IMG/VR virus record: IMGVR_UViG_3300044477_000211
Coordinates: 1-30,034 of that record
DNA from: a virus
Taxonomy: Duplodnaviria > Caudoviricetes
Direction: 5' to 3' (one strand)
Length of the DNA stretch: 30,034 nucleotides
The notes beneath the pieces are model-generated. The model made no database searches. It was given only the letters and a program-made list of their open reading frames with translations, and was not told where the DNA came from. Below, piece by piece: positions 1 to 10,100 of the stretch. Both the position numbers and the translations under genes were made by a program. Within the stretch, counting starts at the first letter, position 1; each line of letters opens with the position of its first letter.

Positions 1-759
1 GTTCTCAAATTGTTTATTACTATCTATCCATTCACAGAGCTCTATGATCGATGATTTATTGGAAGTAAAATAAATATATGATGTGTTAGCTAATACTCTG
101 AGCACATTTAAATAGTCCTTCAGCTTCCAATAATTATCATATACCGAACACTCGGTTGAAAGATACGGAGGATCAACTATAAAGACAACACCCGGAACAT
201 CTTTAAATTGTTCAAATATTTTAAAATAGTCTTCAGATACAACCTCAATCCCATCAAGATAACCCGTTGCCGAATAGTCAGAGGATCTGATACAGTTATA
301 AAATGTTTGCTTTGTCAGATCATCATAATTCAACACGTATTTCATGCTGAATAATAGATTCGAAGACAAAGTAATATAATCGACATAATATTGTTGATCA
401 TACTTACAAACGATGTCTAAAATTCGCTTTTTGGCGATATCATCAAGGCGAACATCTTTCGTGCGATCAGCTACAATCACTCTCAATTCAGCCAAAAGTT
501 TATTAGTAACTGCAATGTTTTCGATTCTTTTACTGTAGTGATCAAAGTCATTATAAATAACTCGCGCTGTTGGCCTATTTCTTTTGACTGTGTGCGACAA
601 TAATTCACTTCCGCCAAATAGGTCGACAAACAATAAATTGTCCGGAAATTGATCGTTTAAACAGCTTTTAAATTGTTTTAAAAAGCGACGTTTTTGCCCC
701 ATAAATGGTAATGGAGCATTTGTGTAAGTTTTTGTTTTTTGATTCATTTGAACATTCAT
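1..759 (-). CDS. DNA adenine methyltransferase (Dam/D12-like, alpha motif order), 3' end runs off window; absent from ORF track
   Basis: Manual translation from ATG 759 (or 747): ...TYTNAPLPFMGQKRRF (motif X)...FVDLFGGSELLSH (motif I)...VIYNDFD...VFIVDPPYLST (motif IV, 174-163); frame open to position 1. Confidence 0.9.
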   Translation of the reverse strand, partial: MNVQMNQKTKTYTNAPLPFMGQKRRFLKQFKSCLNDQFPDNLLFVDLFGGSELLSHTVKRNRPTARVIYNDFDHYSKRIENIAVTNKLLAELRVIVADRTKDVRLDDIAKKRILDIVCKYDQQYYVDYITLSSNLLFSMKYVLNYDDLTKQTFYNCIRSSDYSATGYLDGIEVVSEDYFKIFEQFKDVPGVVFIVDPPYLSTECSVYDNYWKLKDYLNVLRVLANTSYIYFTSNKSSIIELCEWIDSNKQFEN

Positions 760-791
760 AAAAGTTTGGTTTTTTGTTTTGAAATTTTTAT

Positions 792-799
792 TAATTTTG
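792..799 (+). promoter_or_regulatory. Bacteroidetes sigma-A -7 element TAATTTTG, pointing away from the methyltransferase into the structured region
   Basis: Matches TAnnTTTG followed by C; TTTG copies upstream at 765-768 and 773-776, with imperfect spacing. Confidence 0.55.
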
Positions 800-946
800 C
801 CCTGTTCTTACCAGGAGCGTTTTTTACATATAATAAAGGTGCGATAACACCGTAGAGACATTTGCCTCTGTCGTGGTGTTATCGCACCTTAGTTTTGTAT
901 AGTTGTCCTGGTAAGAAGCTATACAGGGAGATGGGGGCTTTTTTTT
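800..946 (+). ncRNA. Candidate structured non-coding RNA / cis-regulatory element
   Basis: Perfect 16-bp inverted repeat 836-851/875-890, perfect 12-bp inverted repeat 805-816/906-917, promoter upstream, T8 tract 939-946. Confidence 0.55.
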
Positions 947-950
947 ACAT

Positions 951-1643
951 CTAAAATCTTCCTAAAGCATTTGTATAGTATTTTTGACATTTCTCTGGAG
1001 TCCATATCCCACTTTCAAATATTGGACTATCCATACTCCCGTTTAAGTATCCATAATTGTTTAAATTATCAACACCAACATAAGTATTTATTGTCTCTTG
1101 GTAAACGGGAAGAGAAGCACCTCCATTTGTCATAGTACCAGTTATTAAAGAACCATTTAAATAGCATTTAATAACTCTATTTGTCTTATCCCAAGTAAAT
1201 ATTATGCAATTCCATGCCCCAAGTGGTAATGTAGGTGTTGATGAAAAAAAATCATATTGTGAATCGCTATTACTTGAAATAAGATGCTCGATTTTCCCAT
1301 TGTTTCTAATTCTTGATGCCCAATACGTTTTGTTTAGAGAATAACTACCCTTTCCAGCTAAATATCCCCATAATACAGAAGGGTTTGCCGTTAATTTTAC
1401 CCAATAGATAACAGTATGAGAAAACATATGCAAATCTAAAATTGTTGATGCTGGTAGTGTTATTTTACTATTTATCCCATTAAAAACAGCTCCCTCATTG
1501 AATCTCCCATTTGCTTCTGAATAAGTTATATATTTATCAATCCCATTTAATACGTTACCGCTTGAATCGTTAGAGTTACCATTCATGTGTAGTATCAATT
1601 TAGATACAGAAGGTCCGCTCCCTATAAATTCTCCAAAACTCAT
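951..1643 (-). CDS. LamG/concanavalin A-like jelly-roll protein, probable receptor-binding/tail-associated protein
   Basis: LHMNGNSNDSSGN, GRFNEGAVFNG, TVIYWVK, GAWNCIIFTWD, CYLNG, YLNGSMD: pattern typical of Laminin_G_3; distal end of tail operon. Confidence 0.8.
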   Translation of the reverse strand: MSFGEFIGSGPSVSKLILHMNGNSNDSSGNVLNGIDKYITYSEANGRFNEGAVFNGINSKITLPASTILDLHMFSHTVIYWVKLTANPSVLWGYLAGKGSYSLNKTYWASRIRNNGKIEHLISSNSDSQYDFFSSTPTLPLGAWNCIIFTWDKTNRVIKCYLNGSLITGTMTNGGASLPVYQETINTYVGVDNLNNYGYLNGSMDSPIFESGIWTPEKCQKYYTNALGRF

Positions 1644-1891
1644 TATTCTGTAGCGTTAATTGTTCTATCAATAGCTCTAATTTTCAAAAGCATCTGATTA
1701 TTGAGTTCGATTTCAGCGTCGATTCTAATAATAGTTTCGGCTTTCATGCGTTCCAAATCTGCTAGCGTTCTAAGCACATCGTTTTCAGAATATGGTGGTT
1801 TTTCGACCTCCATAGTTTCAATAAATTTAACTCTTACGTCACCAACAGTGGTCGCATTGTCGTTTAGTATTTCAAATCTTTCTTGTCCCAT
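1643..1891 (-). CDS. Small hypothetical protein (coiled-coil C-terminus), possible fibre accessory
   Basis: 82 aa, TAATG coupling to the LamG gene, 6 nt from the upstream gene. Confidence 0.6.
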   Translation of the reverse strand: MGQERFEILNDNATTVGDVRVKFIETMEVEKPPYSENDVLRTLADLERMKAETIIRIDAEIELNNQMLLKIRAIDRTINATE

Positions 1892-1897
1892 TTTATT

Positions 1898-2695
1898 TTA
1901 ATTTAAAGTAAAAAATCTTTCAGGTATAATGTATAATTGTATATAAAGATTAACAGCGTGAGTCCCAGTTCTTACAGCGTCAACATCAAAAGTAACTACA
2001 TTTCCGATTGTGATAATCGTGGCACTATTACAAGTAAAAGGAGTTGTGCTGTATGCTGATGATGCACCTAATGTAGGCTTTGTAGAAAAAACGGAAGAAC
2101 CGTCAACATTACCATCTATAGTAACGTTTCCCGTTGTACCAGCACTACCTACTTGGAATTCTAATCCAACCATATAATAAGTCTCCATTGGATAAAATTC
2201 ACGCATTATATTAGTACCACTTGCACCTACTGTTCCTGCTAGGTTAAATGGTTCTTTAAATTGCTCAAATCCTATAATAGATGAATAATAAAAACTACCT
2301 TCATCTATTGAGGCACAAACACATCCGATAAAAGTTATTGTGGTTACGGTTGAATAAGTAGAAGCTATTGAAACCATTCCCCATTTTTGAACACCCCCTT
2401 CTTTCCATCTGATTGGCATGCCCTTCTTAAATTTTGCAGTTTGATCACCTGTTACCGTCACAGTTCTATCCCCAGTTCTAGTAGCTGTTATTGCAGTCCA
2501 AAGTGATGTGCCGCTGCTTCCTGTTGATTGCTCAACCCAGGTACCACCACCTTTTGTTGAATTTGCAACAGTACACTTTTCTATAACAAATATTCCGGCA
2601 TTGTTTTTCAAACGGATATCATTTACAGTGTCCGAGTTTTCACTCGAACTCTGTAAATACAAATACCCTCTTACTTCGTAATGTCCTTTAGCCAT
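1898..2695 (-). CDS. Putative tail fibre/receptor-binding protein
   Basis: 265 aa, Thr/Gly/Ser-rich beta character, position in distal tail module. Confidence 0.55.
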   Translation of the reverse strand: MAKGHYEVRGYLYLQSSSENSDTVNDIRLKNNAGIFVIEKCTVANSTKGGGTWVEQSTGSSGTSLWTAITATRTGDRTVTVTGDQTAKFKKGMPIRWKEGGVQKWGMVSIASTYSTVTTITFIGCVCASIDEGSFYYSSIIGFEQFKEPFNLAGTVGASGTNIMREFYPMETYYMVGLEFQVGSAGTTGNVTIDGNVDGSSVFSTKPTLGASSAYSTTPFTCNSATIITIGNVVTFDVDAVRTGTHAVNLYIQLYIIPERFFTLN

Positions 2696-2696
2696 T

Positions 2697-3335
2697 TTAT
2701 AGAATTATTACACGTCCTGCAAATCTCAAGTCTGGAGTAGATGGAACTTTAAACTCAACATTCCCGTTTGAATAAATTTTTACGCAGTTAGTTCCTAGCT
2801 CAACCTGATTATAGTCTTCACCTGTAAGTTCTGAAAACTGAACTGTTGGATTCGTTCCCATGCCGTGAGTTGAAGAAGGGATCGTTTGAGTATAAAACCC
2901 ATTACTAGCTGATCCCCACTCTGTGGTTGCAGTAAATGCCCCAACATAGCGTGAAGCTTCAGAAATTTCACTTTCTGTTAATATTTCAATTTTCCAAGTT
3001 CCAGAAGCGGCTGATTTATTCACTAATGTGAATCTGAAGGTTTTACCACTAAGTACGTTTTTCAACAATACAGGTGTGGTCTCATGATATGTTTTCACAT
3101 TTACAGAGGCTGCAGATGTGCTAGGAACGTCTATGACAACATTCCAATTTAAAGATAATGCTGTTGCATCTGGAAGTACTACATCTTGAGTTGTTGCATT
3201 TGACAATCTTAACCAACTGTAGTCATTATCAATTACATTTCTAACTGATGCAAGAGTTTCAGTACTCATGCTTAAAATCAGGTTTCTACCGACTTTTAAT
3301 TGATCTAAAATTTCGCTTTTACCTACGGTTTTCAT
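2697..3335 (-). CDS. Putative tail structural/fibre-associated protein
   Basis: 212 aa, beta-rich, VVLPDAT and THGMGTNPTVQ motifs as seen in fibre-associated proteins; tightly packed in operon. Confidence 0.5.
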   Translation of the reverse strand: MKTVGKSEILDQLKVGRNLILSMSTETLASVRNVIDNDYSWLRLSNATTQDVVLPDATALSLNWNVVIDVPSTSAASVNVKTYHETTPVLLKNVLSGKTFRFTLVNKSAASGTWKIEILTESEISEASRYVGAFTATTEWGSASNGFYTQTIPSSTHGMGTNPTVQFSELTGEDYNQVELGTNCVKIYSNGNVEFKVPSTPDLRFAGRVIIL

Positions 3336-3347
3336 TTTTTTTAATAT

Positions 3348-4397
3348 TTATGTTAATAAAGCATACCCGTCGAATCTTATAGCTGAATATAGGGTAATCT
3401 TATTCAGCTGACTATTATTGTAATCACAAATTATTCTTTCACCCGATGCGAAATATATTTCAGCACTCATTTTTTGGTTTAAATCATGAAATAGATCTAC
3501 CGAAAATAAACCCCCAACATTAACCCAATCTTCAGTTGCAAAATTTATTGGTGTTTTTTTGATCAATGAGGGCTTCCCAGTATCAACTCCGTCAATAAAC
3601 CAATTACCGTTTGCACCAATTTCTGGAGTGGATCCATCATCCCCCTTATACCACTTACTTCCCTCAACATCAATTTCAGTGCCTGCAGCGCTCAACGTTT
3701 CATCAAGAGGTTTAATTATAAAGGCGTTTATCGCATTGGTTACATGTCGGTACCCATCCTGATATGAGGCGTCCTGAAGCTTATATTTTAGCTTAACTAA
3801 ATAGTCACCGGGTACATCGATTGACTCTTTTTGAATTTCGATCTCAATTCCGGCTTCAGTTATTAAAAATGATGGAATAAATTGTTTTTTTGAGTAGCTA
3901 ATACAAATGACCTCAAGATCGATCATTGAATCAAGATCTACAAGAACATCATCAATAGTTGGCCTTAATGTGAATTTAAAGTCATTCTCAATATGAAATT
4001 CAAGTTTATTAGTTGAAGTTGCACCGGATGGCGTATCATCTGCAGATGTAATTTCAAACTCAATCACACCTTCATTATTATTTGTTGCCGATCCAACTGG
4101 AACAATTTTAAAGGCATTTAATCCAATCGTTTTGTCCTGGTATTGATCTGAGAAAGTTGGATCCGGAATACGATACTGAATCTTTAAAAAGTATTCGCCC
4201 AATATTCTTGTATCTTCCTTTTTAATTTCAACTTTCAAACGATCCTCAATTAGGTCAAACCCTGGATTGAATTTATTATTTGACGGATCAGTTATAACAA
4301 CAATTATTTCTTCAGCTGAAGAAAAATCTATGGGAACACCTCCAATTGTTGGAAGCACATCAATTTTGAAATCATTGCCTAGATTATAGCTTAACAT
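3348..4397 (-). CDS. Baseplate/fibre adaptor with two tandem BppU-N-like domains and a TPxIGxNGNW linker motif
   Basis: Internal repeat (NDFK...PTI...EI.KE...G.Y.LK..Y...D....D.Y.......NAF.I.P, twice); KGDDGSTPEIGANGNWFIDGVDTGKPS. Confidence 0.6.
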   Translation of the reverse strand: MLSYNLGNDFKIDVLPTIGGVPIDFSSAEEIIVVITDPSNNKFNPGFDLIEDRLKVEIKKEDTRILGEYFLKIQYRIPDPTFSDQYQDKTIGLNAFKIVPVGSATNNNEGVIEFEITSADDTPSGATSTNKLEFHIENDFKFTLRPTIDDVLVDLDSMIDLEVICISYSKKQFIPSFLITEAGIEIEIQKESIDVPGDYLVKLKYKLQDASYQDGYRHVTNAINAFIIKPLDETLSAAGTEIDVEGSKWYKGDDGSTPEIGANGNWFIDGVDTGKPSLIKKTPINFATEDWVNVGGLFSVDLFHDLNQKMSAEIYFASGERIICDYNNSQLNKITLYSAIRFDGYALLT

Positions 4398-4407
4398 ATC
4401 AAATATT

Positions 4408-6543
4408 TTAAATTATTGTCAATTTTGTAACACATGTTCTTATACCAGATAATTCGTACCAAAAAAATTCAATTAAAGCGTATGATCCTTCATTAACCAT
4501 AACTGTTCCAAAATCCTTAATTATTGAACCTTCATCAATTTCAATTTGTGTTAACGTTGCAGTGATAGATACCTCTTTAGCTCCTTTATTAGCAACAACA
4601 ATTCTATGAATTCTCCCATCAAGCTGTTTTAGCCCTAAAACATTATCGATCTGACTGTCAAAATAAAAAGTTGAACTAGTTGCATCATTGCGATTGAAAA
4701 TATACGTTGTAGAGTTGATTGGATTGTAAAATATTGGTTCTGATGCATCAGTTTCAACGTCAACAGAGTTACTCTTAGTATCAAATTTTAATTCTGAATA
4801 TTTTGAAGATCCATCACCAAACTTAACGTTAACCCCAAGATTATTAATTGCAACGGCCATTACACCATCTTTAATAATTGGATCCTCATTGATTAAAATT
4901 GTTTCTCTTTCAATAACAGGAACTAAATTTGACATTTTACGTGCCAAATTTGATGTTTTTGATGTTTGCAAAAAAAACTGATTGTTAATCTGACTCTGAA
5001 TGTCAATGGTTCGAACTCTTTGGTACTTTTTATCTCGAGTTGTTACATCTGCCGTCACAATTTCATAAGTCAGTGGGTAGAGAAGATCTCTCTTAACCTC
5101 TTGAATCCGGATTAAACGATCAATCTGAAAATCATTGTCTTTTATATATATTTTATATCCTGGCAAAAACATATTTAAAGACTCAGCTGAAGCGTTTTTA
5201 AACAGCGTTGTAAACTCATCTAAATTAATCCTATATTGTACAAATGGAGTTGAAAAATCTACAAAATATTCAACAGCCTTTGCCTGCAATTCAGTTTCAG
5301 CAGCCTGAATTTGTATTAATTGTAGATTGACATTAGAGAGCTTATATGTATCTCCAACTCCAAATTGATAAGCTGGATATTCAGCTGAAGGGATGTCAAG
5401 ATCCTGCTCTTTTGTGGGTACAATTTTAAAGGTGTGAGTCGCATGATCATAAGATTGAACCTGAACTTCATATCCGGACAAATTACCGGTTGTAAATCGA
5501 ATTAATGGTGTCTCAGTTATTCTATATTTATAAGTTCCTACGACATGTGCAATATAAAAAGCCATCACTTCAGTTGAGTCAACTTGATTTGTTATTGCTA
5601 AATACTCCTCATAATCAGCTGGACTGGCTGGCCACTTATCATTCAAATCATACATTGATGAATCCACAAATGAATTGATATCAGCACCCAATCCGGTTAT
5701 TTTACCGGTTCGCCCCGGTGTTATGTCAAAATATTTCTTTTTTTCATAAAGTCCGTATTGATCAATTTTATTTTGTGATTGAATAAATGAATCATTTTTA
5801 TTCTTTCCTGGTAAGCATAATCGATCTGCGCGGTACCTATTAGGGACATTTTCAGTTGTTCCGTAAGCAAACAATCTAGTGCATAGATTTTCAGCGTTAA
5901 CGTTGTCCCTGTTCATTTGATAATAGCCCTTTAAATATCCGAACTCAAACGTTCCGGATACGGTACCGGTGATCGCCTGGAAGTGTAAGGTGTTTACACC
6001 GGCATTTTGAGATATATAATATTCACAGTCAAACTCATCACATAGCATATTGATAACAGATAAGCAATTGTCCTCTTCAGAAAAAGTCAATGTTTTATCA
6101 GTTGATGTAACAACATTACCGGCGACCCATTTTCCGGGAAATACCCTGTTTGCATTTGCAATTATAACAGTTAGAAACCTGGATAAATTTCCGGTTAAAC
6201 TATCACCCAATAAGTCCTGAAGCTCGTTGGTAGTCGTGTCAATATTAAGATTAAATGAGGCGGCTAAAAGATCGTAATGAACTCCTTCAAATGTTAAATC
6301 ATAAGAGTATTTTTCTCCATCTTTATCTTCTTTTGGAAGTTGGTTTAATTTGTATTTTCGGCCGATTACTGTTATGGAGTCTCCTATTGCATGCCACAAT
6401 TTAACGGGTGACTCAACCTTAACAGTCACCGTATCATCAGACATCAATTTCATATTTTGTTCTGCAGATGTAATTATTACACCTGACATAACATTCTCGA
6501 GCGAGTATGTGGTATTATCTAATCGGGTTACTGTAAAGTCCAT
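4408..6543 (-). CDS. Tal-like tail tip/baseplate hub protein
   Basis: 711 aa after Dit; LMSDD, YDLTFEG, LCTRLFAYGTTENVP, YGLYE motifs typical of Bacteroidetes phage tail-tip proteins. Confidence 0.75.
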   Translation of the reverse strand: MDFTVTRLDNTTYSLENVMSGVIITSAEQNMKLMSDDTVTVKVESPVKLWHAIGDSITVIGRKYKLNQLPKEDKDGEKYSYDLTFEGVHYDLLAASFNLNIDTTTNELQDLLGDSLTGNLSRFLTVIIANANRVFPGKWVAGNVVTSTDKTLTFSEEDNCLSVINMLCDEFDCEYYISQNAGVNTLHFQAITGTVSGTFEFGYLKGYYQMNRDNVNAENLCTRLFAYGTTENVPNRYRADRLCLPGKNKNDSFIQSQNKIDQYGLYEKKKYFDITPGRTGKITGLGADINSFVDSSMYDLNDKWPASPADYEEYLAITNQVDSTEVMAFYIAHVVGTYKYRITETPLIRFTTGNLSGYEVQVQSYDHATHTFKIVPTKEQDLDIPSAEYPAYQFGVGDTYKLSNVNLQLIQIQAAETELQAKAVEYFVDFSTPFVQYRINLDEFTTLFKNASAESLNMFLPGYKIYIKDNDFQIDRLIRIQEVKRDLLYPLTYEIVTADVTTRDKKYQRVRTIDIQSQINNQFFLQTSKTSNLARKMSNLVPVIERETILINEDPIIKDGVMAVAINNLGVNVKFGDGSSKYSELKFDTKSNSVDVETDASEPIFYNPINSTTYIFNRNDATSSTFYFDSQIDNVLGLKQLDGRIHRIVVANKGAKEVSITATLTQIEIDEGSIIKDFGTVMVNEGSYALIEFFWYELSGIRTCVTKLTII

Positions 6544-7178
6544 ATTACATTAGATTGATCAGCAGATTCAACTTGAAATGTTAATTTTGATAAGTTCCCA
6601 CAAACTGAAGCATAATAAGTTCCAAATGCAGGGTATGTATGTTGCGCTCCACCAAAAGAATGATCTGTATAAGATCCATCACCCCAAAAAATTCTACAAG
6701 GTTCTGAAGAAGTAAAGTCAATCTCAACGAATTTATTAATAGTTAATATAAATGCGATCACCCTTTTAACTGGTAAAGGATCGACCAGTTTTAAAGTAAA
6801 TGTGGCCACATTTGTTCCGGATCGAAATTTCTTTTTAAAAGTGATTTGATCTTTCAAATAAACGTCAAAAACAAGCGGTTGTGCGGTGTCAACCGTGATA
6901 GATAATCTACGCAGCCCGGAAGCGGCAAAAAGCGCACGTATCGCCTGTGTTTTAGTTATTAGGTCAGCATTTGATGTTGCTTTAACAAAACACTCAAGAG
7001 TGATCTCGCGAGGTTCAACAAATCGTTCACGGAGATCAACAGATTCACCATGTTGGTTGTCCCAGGACCTAGAAAAACGTTTTTTAGATTTTGGATCATC
7101 AAGGATCCCTTTGCCCTCACTCACATAAATGGAGTAAGTTTTAAAATCTGTGCCGTCTAATTTATATATGATGCTCAT
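6528..7178 (-). CDS. Distal tail protein (Dit-like) with C-terminal PKD-like domain
   Basis: Follows tape measure; YKLDGTDF..Y.IYV, EPREITLECF, ATFTLKL; C-terminal IFWGDGS...HTY...GTY (PKD signature). Confidence 0.7.
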   Translation of the reverse strand: MSIIYKLDGTDFKTYSIYVSEGKGILDDPKSKKRFSRSWDNQHGESVDLRERFVEPREITLECFVKATSNADLITKTQAIRALFAASGLRRLSITVDTAQPLVFDVYLKDQITFKKKFRSGTNVATFTLKLVDPLPVKRVIAFILTINKFVEIDFTSSEPCRIFWGDGSYTDHSFGGAQHTYPAFGTYYASVCGNLSKLTFQVESADQSNVIWTLQ

Positions 7179-10100
7179 AATAATAATCCTTGTGATCTGT
7201 TATTTGTTCCGGTTGAATTAATTTTATCATAAATCTTCTTGATGTAAGATGTATTTGTCTCAATTTTACTCAAATAAAGAAGCGCTTCAGTTATAAGTTC
7301 TTTTATTTCATATCCAGTTATTCTATATGCATTTAAGTTACCGGCTATGATCCCGGCCTCTTCAGATGTAATTGTTTTAATAGCGGTTTGAAGGCCGTTG
7401 GCGGCAGTTGTGTCAAATATTCCTAACTTGTCAAAGAACCCTTGCCAATATGGCAACACCTCTTCCATGCCATCATATGCGCCTTGTATCAAGCTCATAA
7501 AGTAATTAATATAATTTTCATCTAGCAATGCATCACCACCTGTATCGGCTATTGCATAGTTCATGTAATCAATTACAGGCTGTAAATACTGAGCAACTAT
7601 TGATGTTGTAAATGCATCCTTAATCATTGACCTAAATACTTTTTTCATAGCATCCCCCCATGCAATTCCCGCATCGGTTCCATTTGCAAAAGCTTCAAAA
7701 ATTGAATCTCCAACTTGATCAATAACCGTTCCCCATTCACCAAATGTTTCTGCAAAAGCTTCATCTGCATTATATAGTTCACCTGTTAATTCGGTTATTT
7801 TTGCAGCTAATGCTGCAAGTACTTCCGGATCTGCGTTATCTTCAAATAATAAAGAATCTAAATAAGCTTCCCTTTGTTTTTGAATAGCCTCAATTTGATC
7901 ATTCAAGTTTTGTTTATACGCATCAAAGGCTTCTTCCTTTGTTCTAAATTCTACATCAACGAAAATGGTTTGTCCATAAAGTTCCTTCGGCATTAATACA
8001 TTTTGTGGTTTAAACGAAGTTGATGACCATAGCTCTTTAAGATTTGATGAAGAATTCTCTAACATGGTCATGTCAGCTTCTAATCCAGCAAGAGCTTTAT
8101 TCCCTTCATTAATTGATGTTTCCCAGAGATATCCAATAGCCCAAATTGCAAGCCCAATTAAAGAACTTACCCCTTCTATTGAATCCATTCCCGATTTACT
8201 AATAGTCGCATAAGCACTAGTTGCCTGTGATACAAATTGTGTTATATTACTATCTGCCCCAAAAGCATCCATTAAACCTGCAAACAAATCTGTAGCAGAT
8301 ATCAGTTCTAAGGTAGCACCTCCAATATTTTCGGCAATTTTAGCTGAAGCATCAGCAGCGCCTTGAATATTATTTTCTTTTCTTGCCTTTTGAAGTTCAT
8401 CAATTGCATCCGTCAATTTTTTAAATGCAGGCTTGTCAGTTTCTACAATAAACTCCCGATATGATTCTCGAAGTTTATCAATAAGTTCCGGAGTTGCCTT
8501 AAGTTGTTCTATGACCTTTGGGTCAATATAAAATGTGCCTGTCCACTCGGCATTCGGATTGTTTTTGTTTTGATCAACCCAATCGATTAAATATTTCAAA
8601 TTCTTAATCATTGAACTTTTTGCCTTATCTCCCAACTGATCAATCCCGGTGAACAACTTAGCTATTGCATCAGCAGACTTAACAGTATCCTCTAAAAGTT
8701 GGGTAATCTCTTGATCCCTTCCCTTTTCAAGTCCTTTAACTAGTGATTCATTTCCGGCAAATCGAGCAGCCGAAATTTGTTTCTCATACTTTTGTACGAT
8801 CTGAAGCTTTTTTTCTTCAAAGGTACCGAAGTCCGCAATGGATCCATCGTTAAGTTGCTTGAGCGCATCAAATCCATTGATTCCCAAATCATAAAGAGCC
8901 TTATAGGTTTCTTTCATTTGAAGAAGCTCTTTCTTTTTAGCCTCGTCAGTAGTGCTCTCAATCTGAGCATCAATAGCAGAAATGGAATTATAATAATCTG
9001 TTGAGAAGTCAATCCGTTGCCCTAAAAATATTTTATATTGATTTAGGATATCTGATGTAATCTGTTTAGCCCTCTTTAATTCTTCAGTTAAGAGATCATT
9101 AATAACGGTACCCTTTTCTTTACTGTTTTTATCTTTAGGAGATATTTTGGATTGCTCATCTTGTAAAAATTTGATACGATCATTAATGAACTGGATCTCT
9201 TCCAGTTTAGTTTTTACTATACTTTTAAAATCTGATATTGCTTTGGAGCTCGACTGATCACTTGGAAGATCATATTGTTTTAGTTTATCTTTGAGATTTT
9301 TAATCTCACTATTATACTTGGATATCTCAGCTTCAGAAGTTGCCCCTTTTTTCTTTTCCTCAAGATCTTTAATTTGTTGCTCAAGTTCATCAATGATTCC
9401 TTTAGTAGTTCCAGTGTTCAATTTTGACATTATCCCATCTGCCAATTTGTCAAAAGTAGCAGCTTTAGTGAACATGTTTGCAATTTCCTTATTAAGCGTA
9501 TCAACCTCTTTTTTGACATTTAAATACTTTTGATTGTCAACAACCTTTCGCTCCCATTGCGTTACAATTTCATCTCCAACTTGTGTTTGCCCAACTATAA
9601 CATTCCCAACAACCTTTTCTGGAATTTTTTCAAGTTCTAATTCTTTTGTTAATGCTTTCTGAATTTTATCCCCTGCAATACTTCGCATAGCCTCAGCCTT
9701 TACCCTTGCAATTTGAGCGTTGACAAATGCCTCAGTATTTTTTACAAGTAGGTTCTCAGCTTCCGCTACACTTTTAATTGTAACTCCTAATTTGTCAAAC
9801 TCCTTCCTGTGCTCACTTATGAACTGTGATTTTGCATTGATATTATCGCCGAGCTTTTTCCACTCTGTTGATAGCTTCATAATCGATGCAACTGGTTTGG
9901 CCGCAGACTCAGCAACCGCTTTATTAAACTCTTGCATCTCTTTTTTGGCTTCCCCTTGTTTTGAAATAAAGATTGAAAGCCCGGCAATAATTGCAGTTAT
10001 AGCAACTGATAACCCTAATGTCAATGTGGCCATTAATACACTTGCGGCACCTGTTGTTATACCTAATGTCGTTGCCACTTTAATGTTTGTTGCAGCCCAG

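Noticed and set aside
845-853. Similarity to a lambda operator half-site (TAACACCGT)
   Set aside because: Short chance match inside a hairpin arm; no 17-bp operator symmetry.
800-1643. Diversity-generating retroelement (receptor-binding gene followed by a hairpin, as in some Bacteroides Mu-like phages)
   Set aside because: No reverse transcriptase and no TR/VR repeat pair visible in the window; the target would be LamG rather than a C-type lectin fold. Cannot exclude an RT outside the window.
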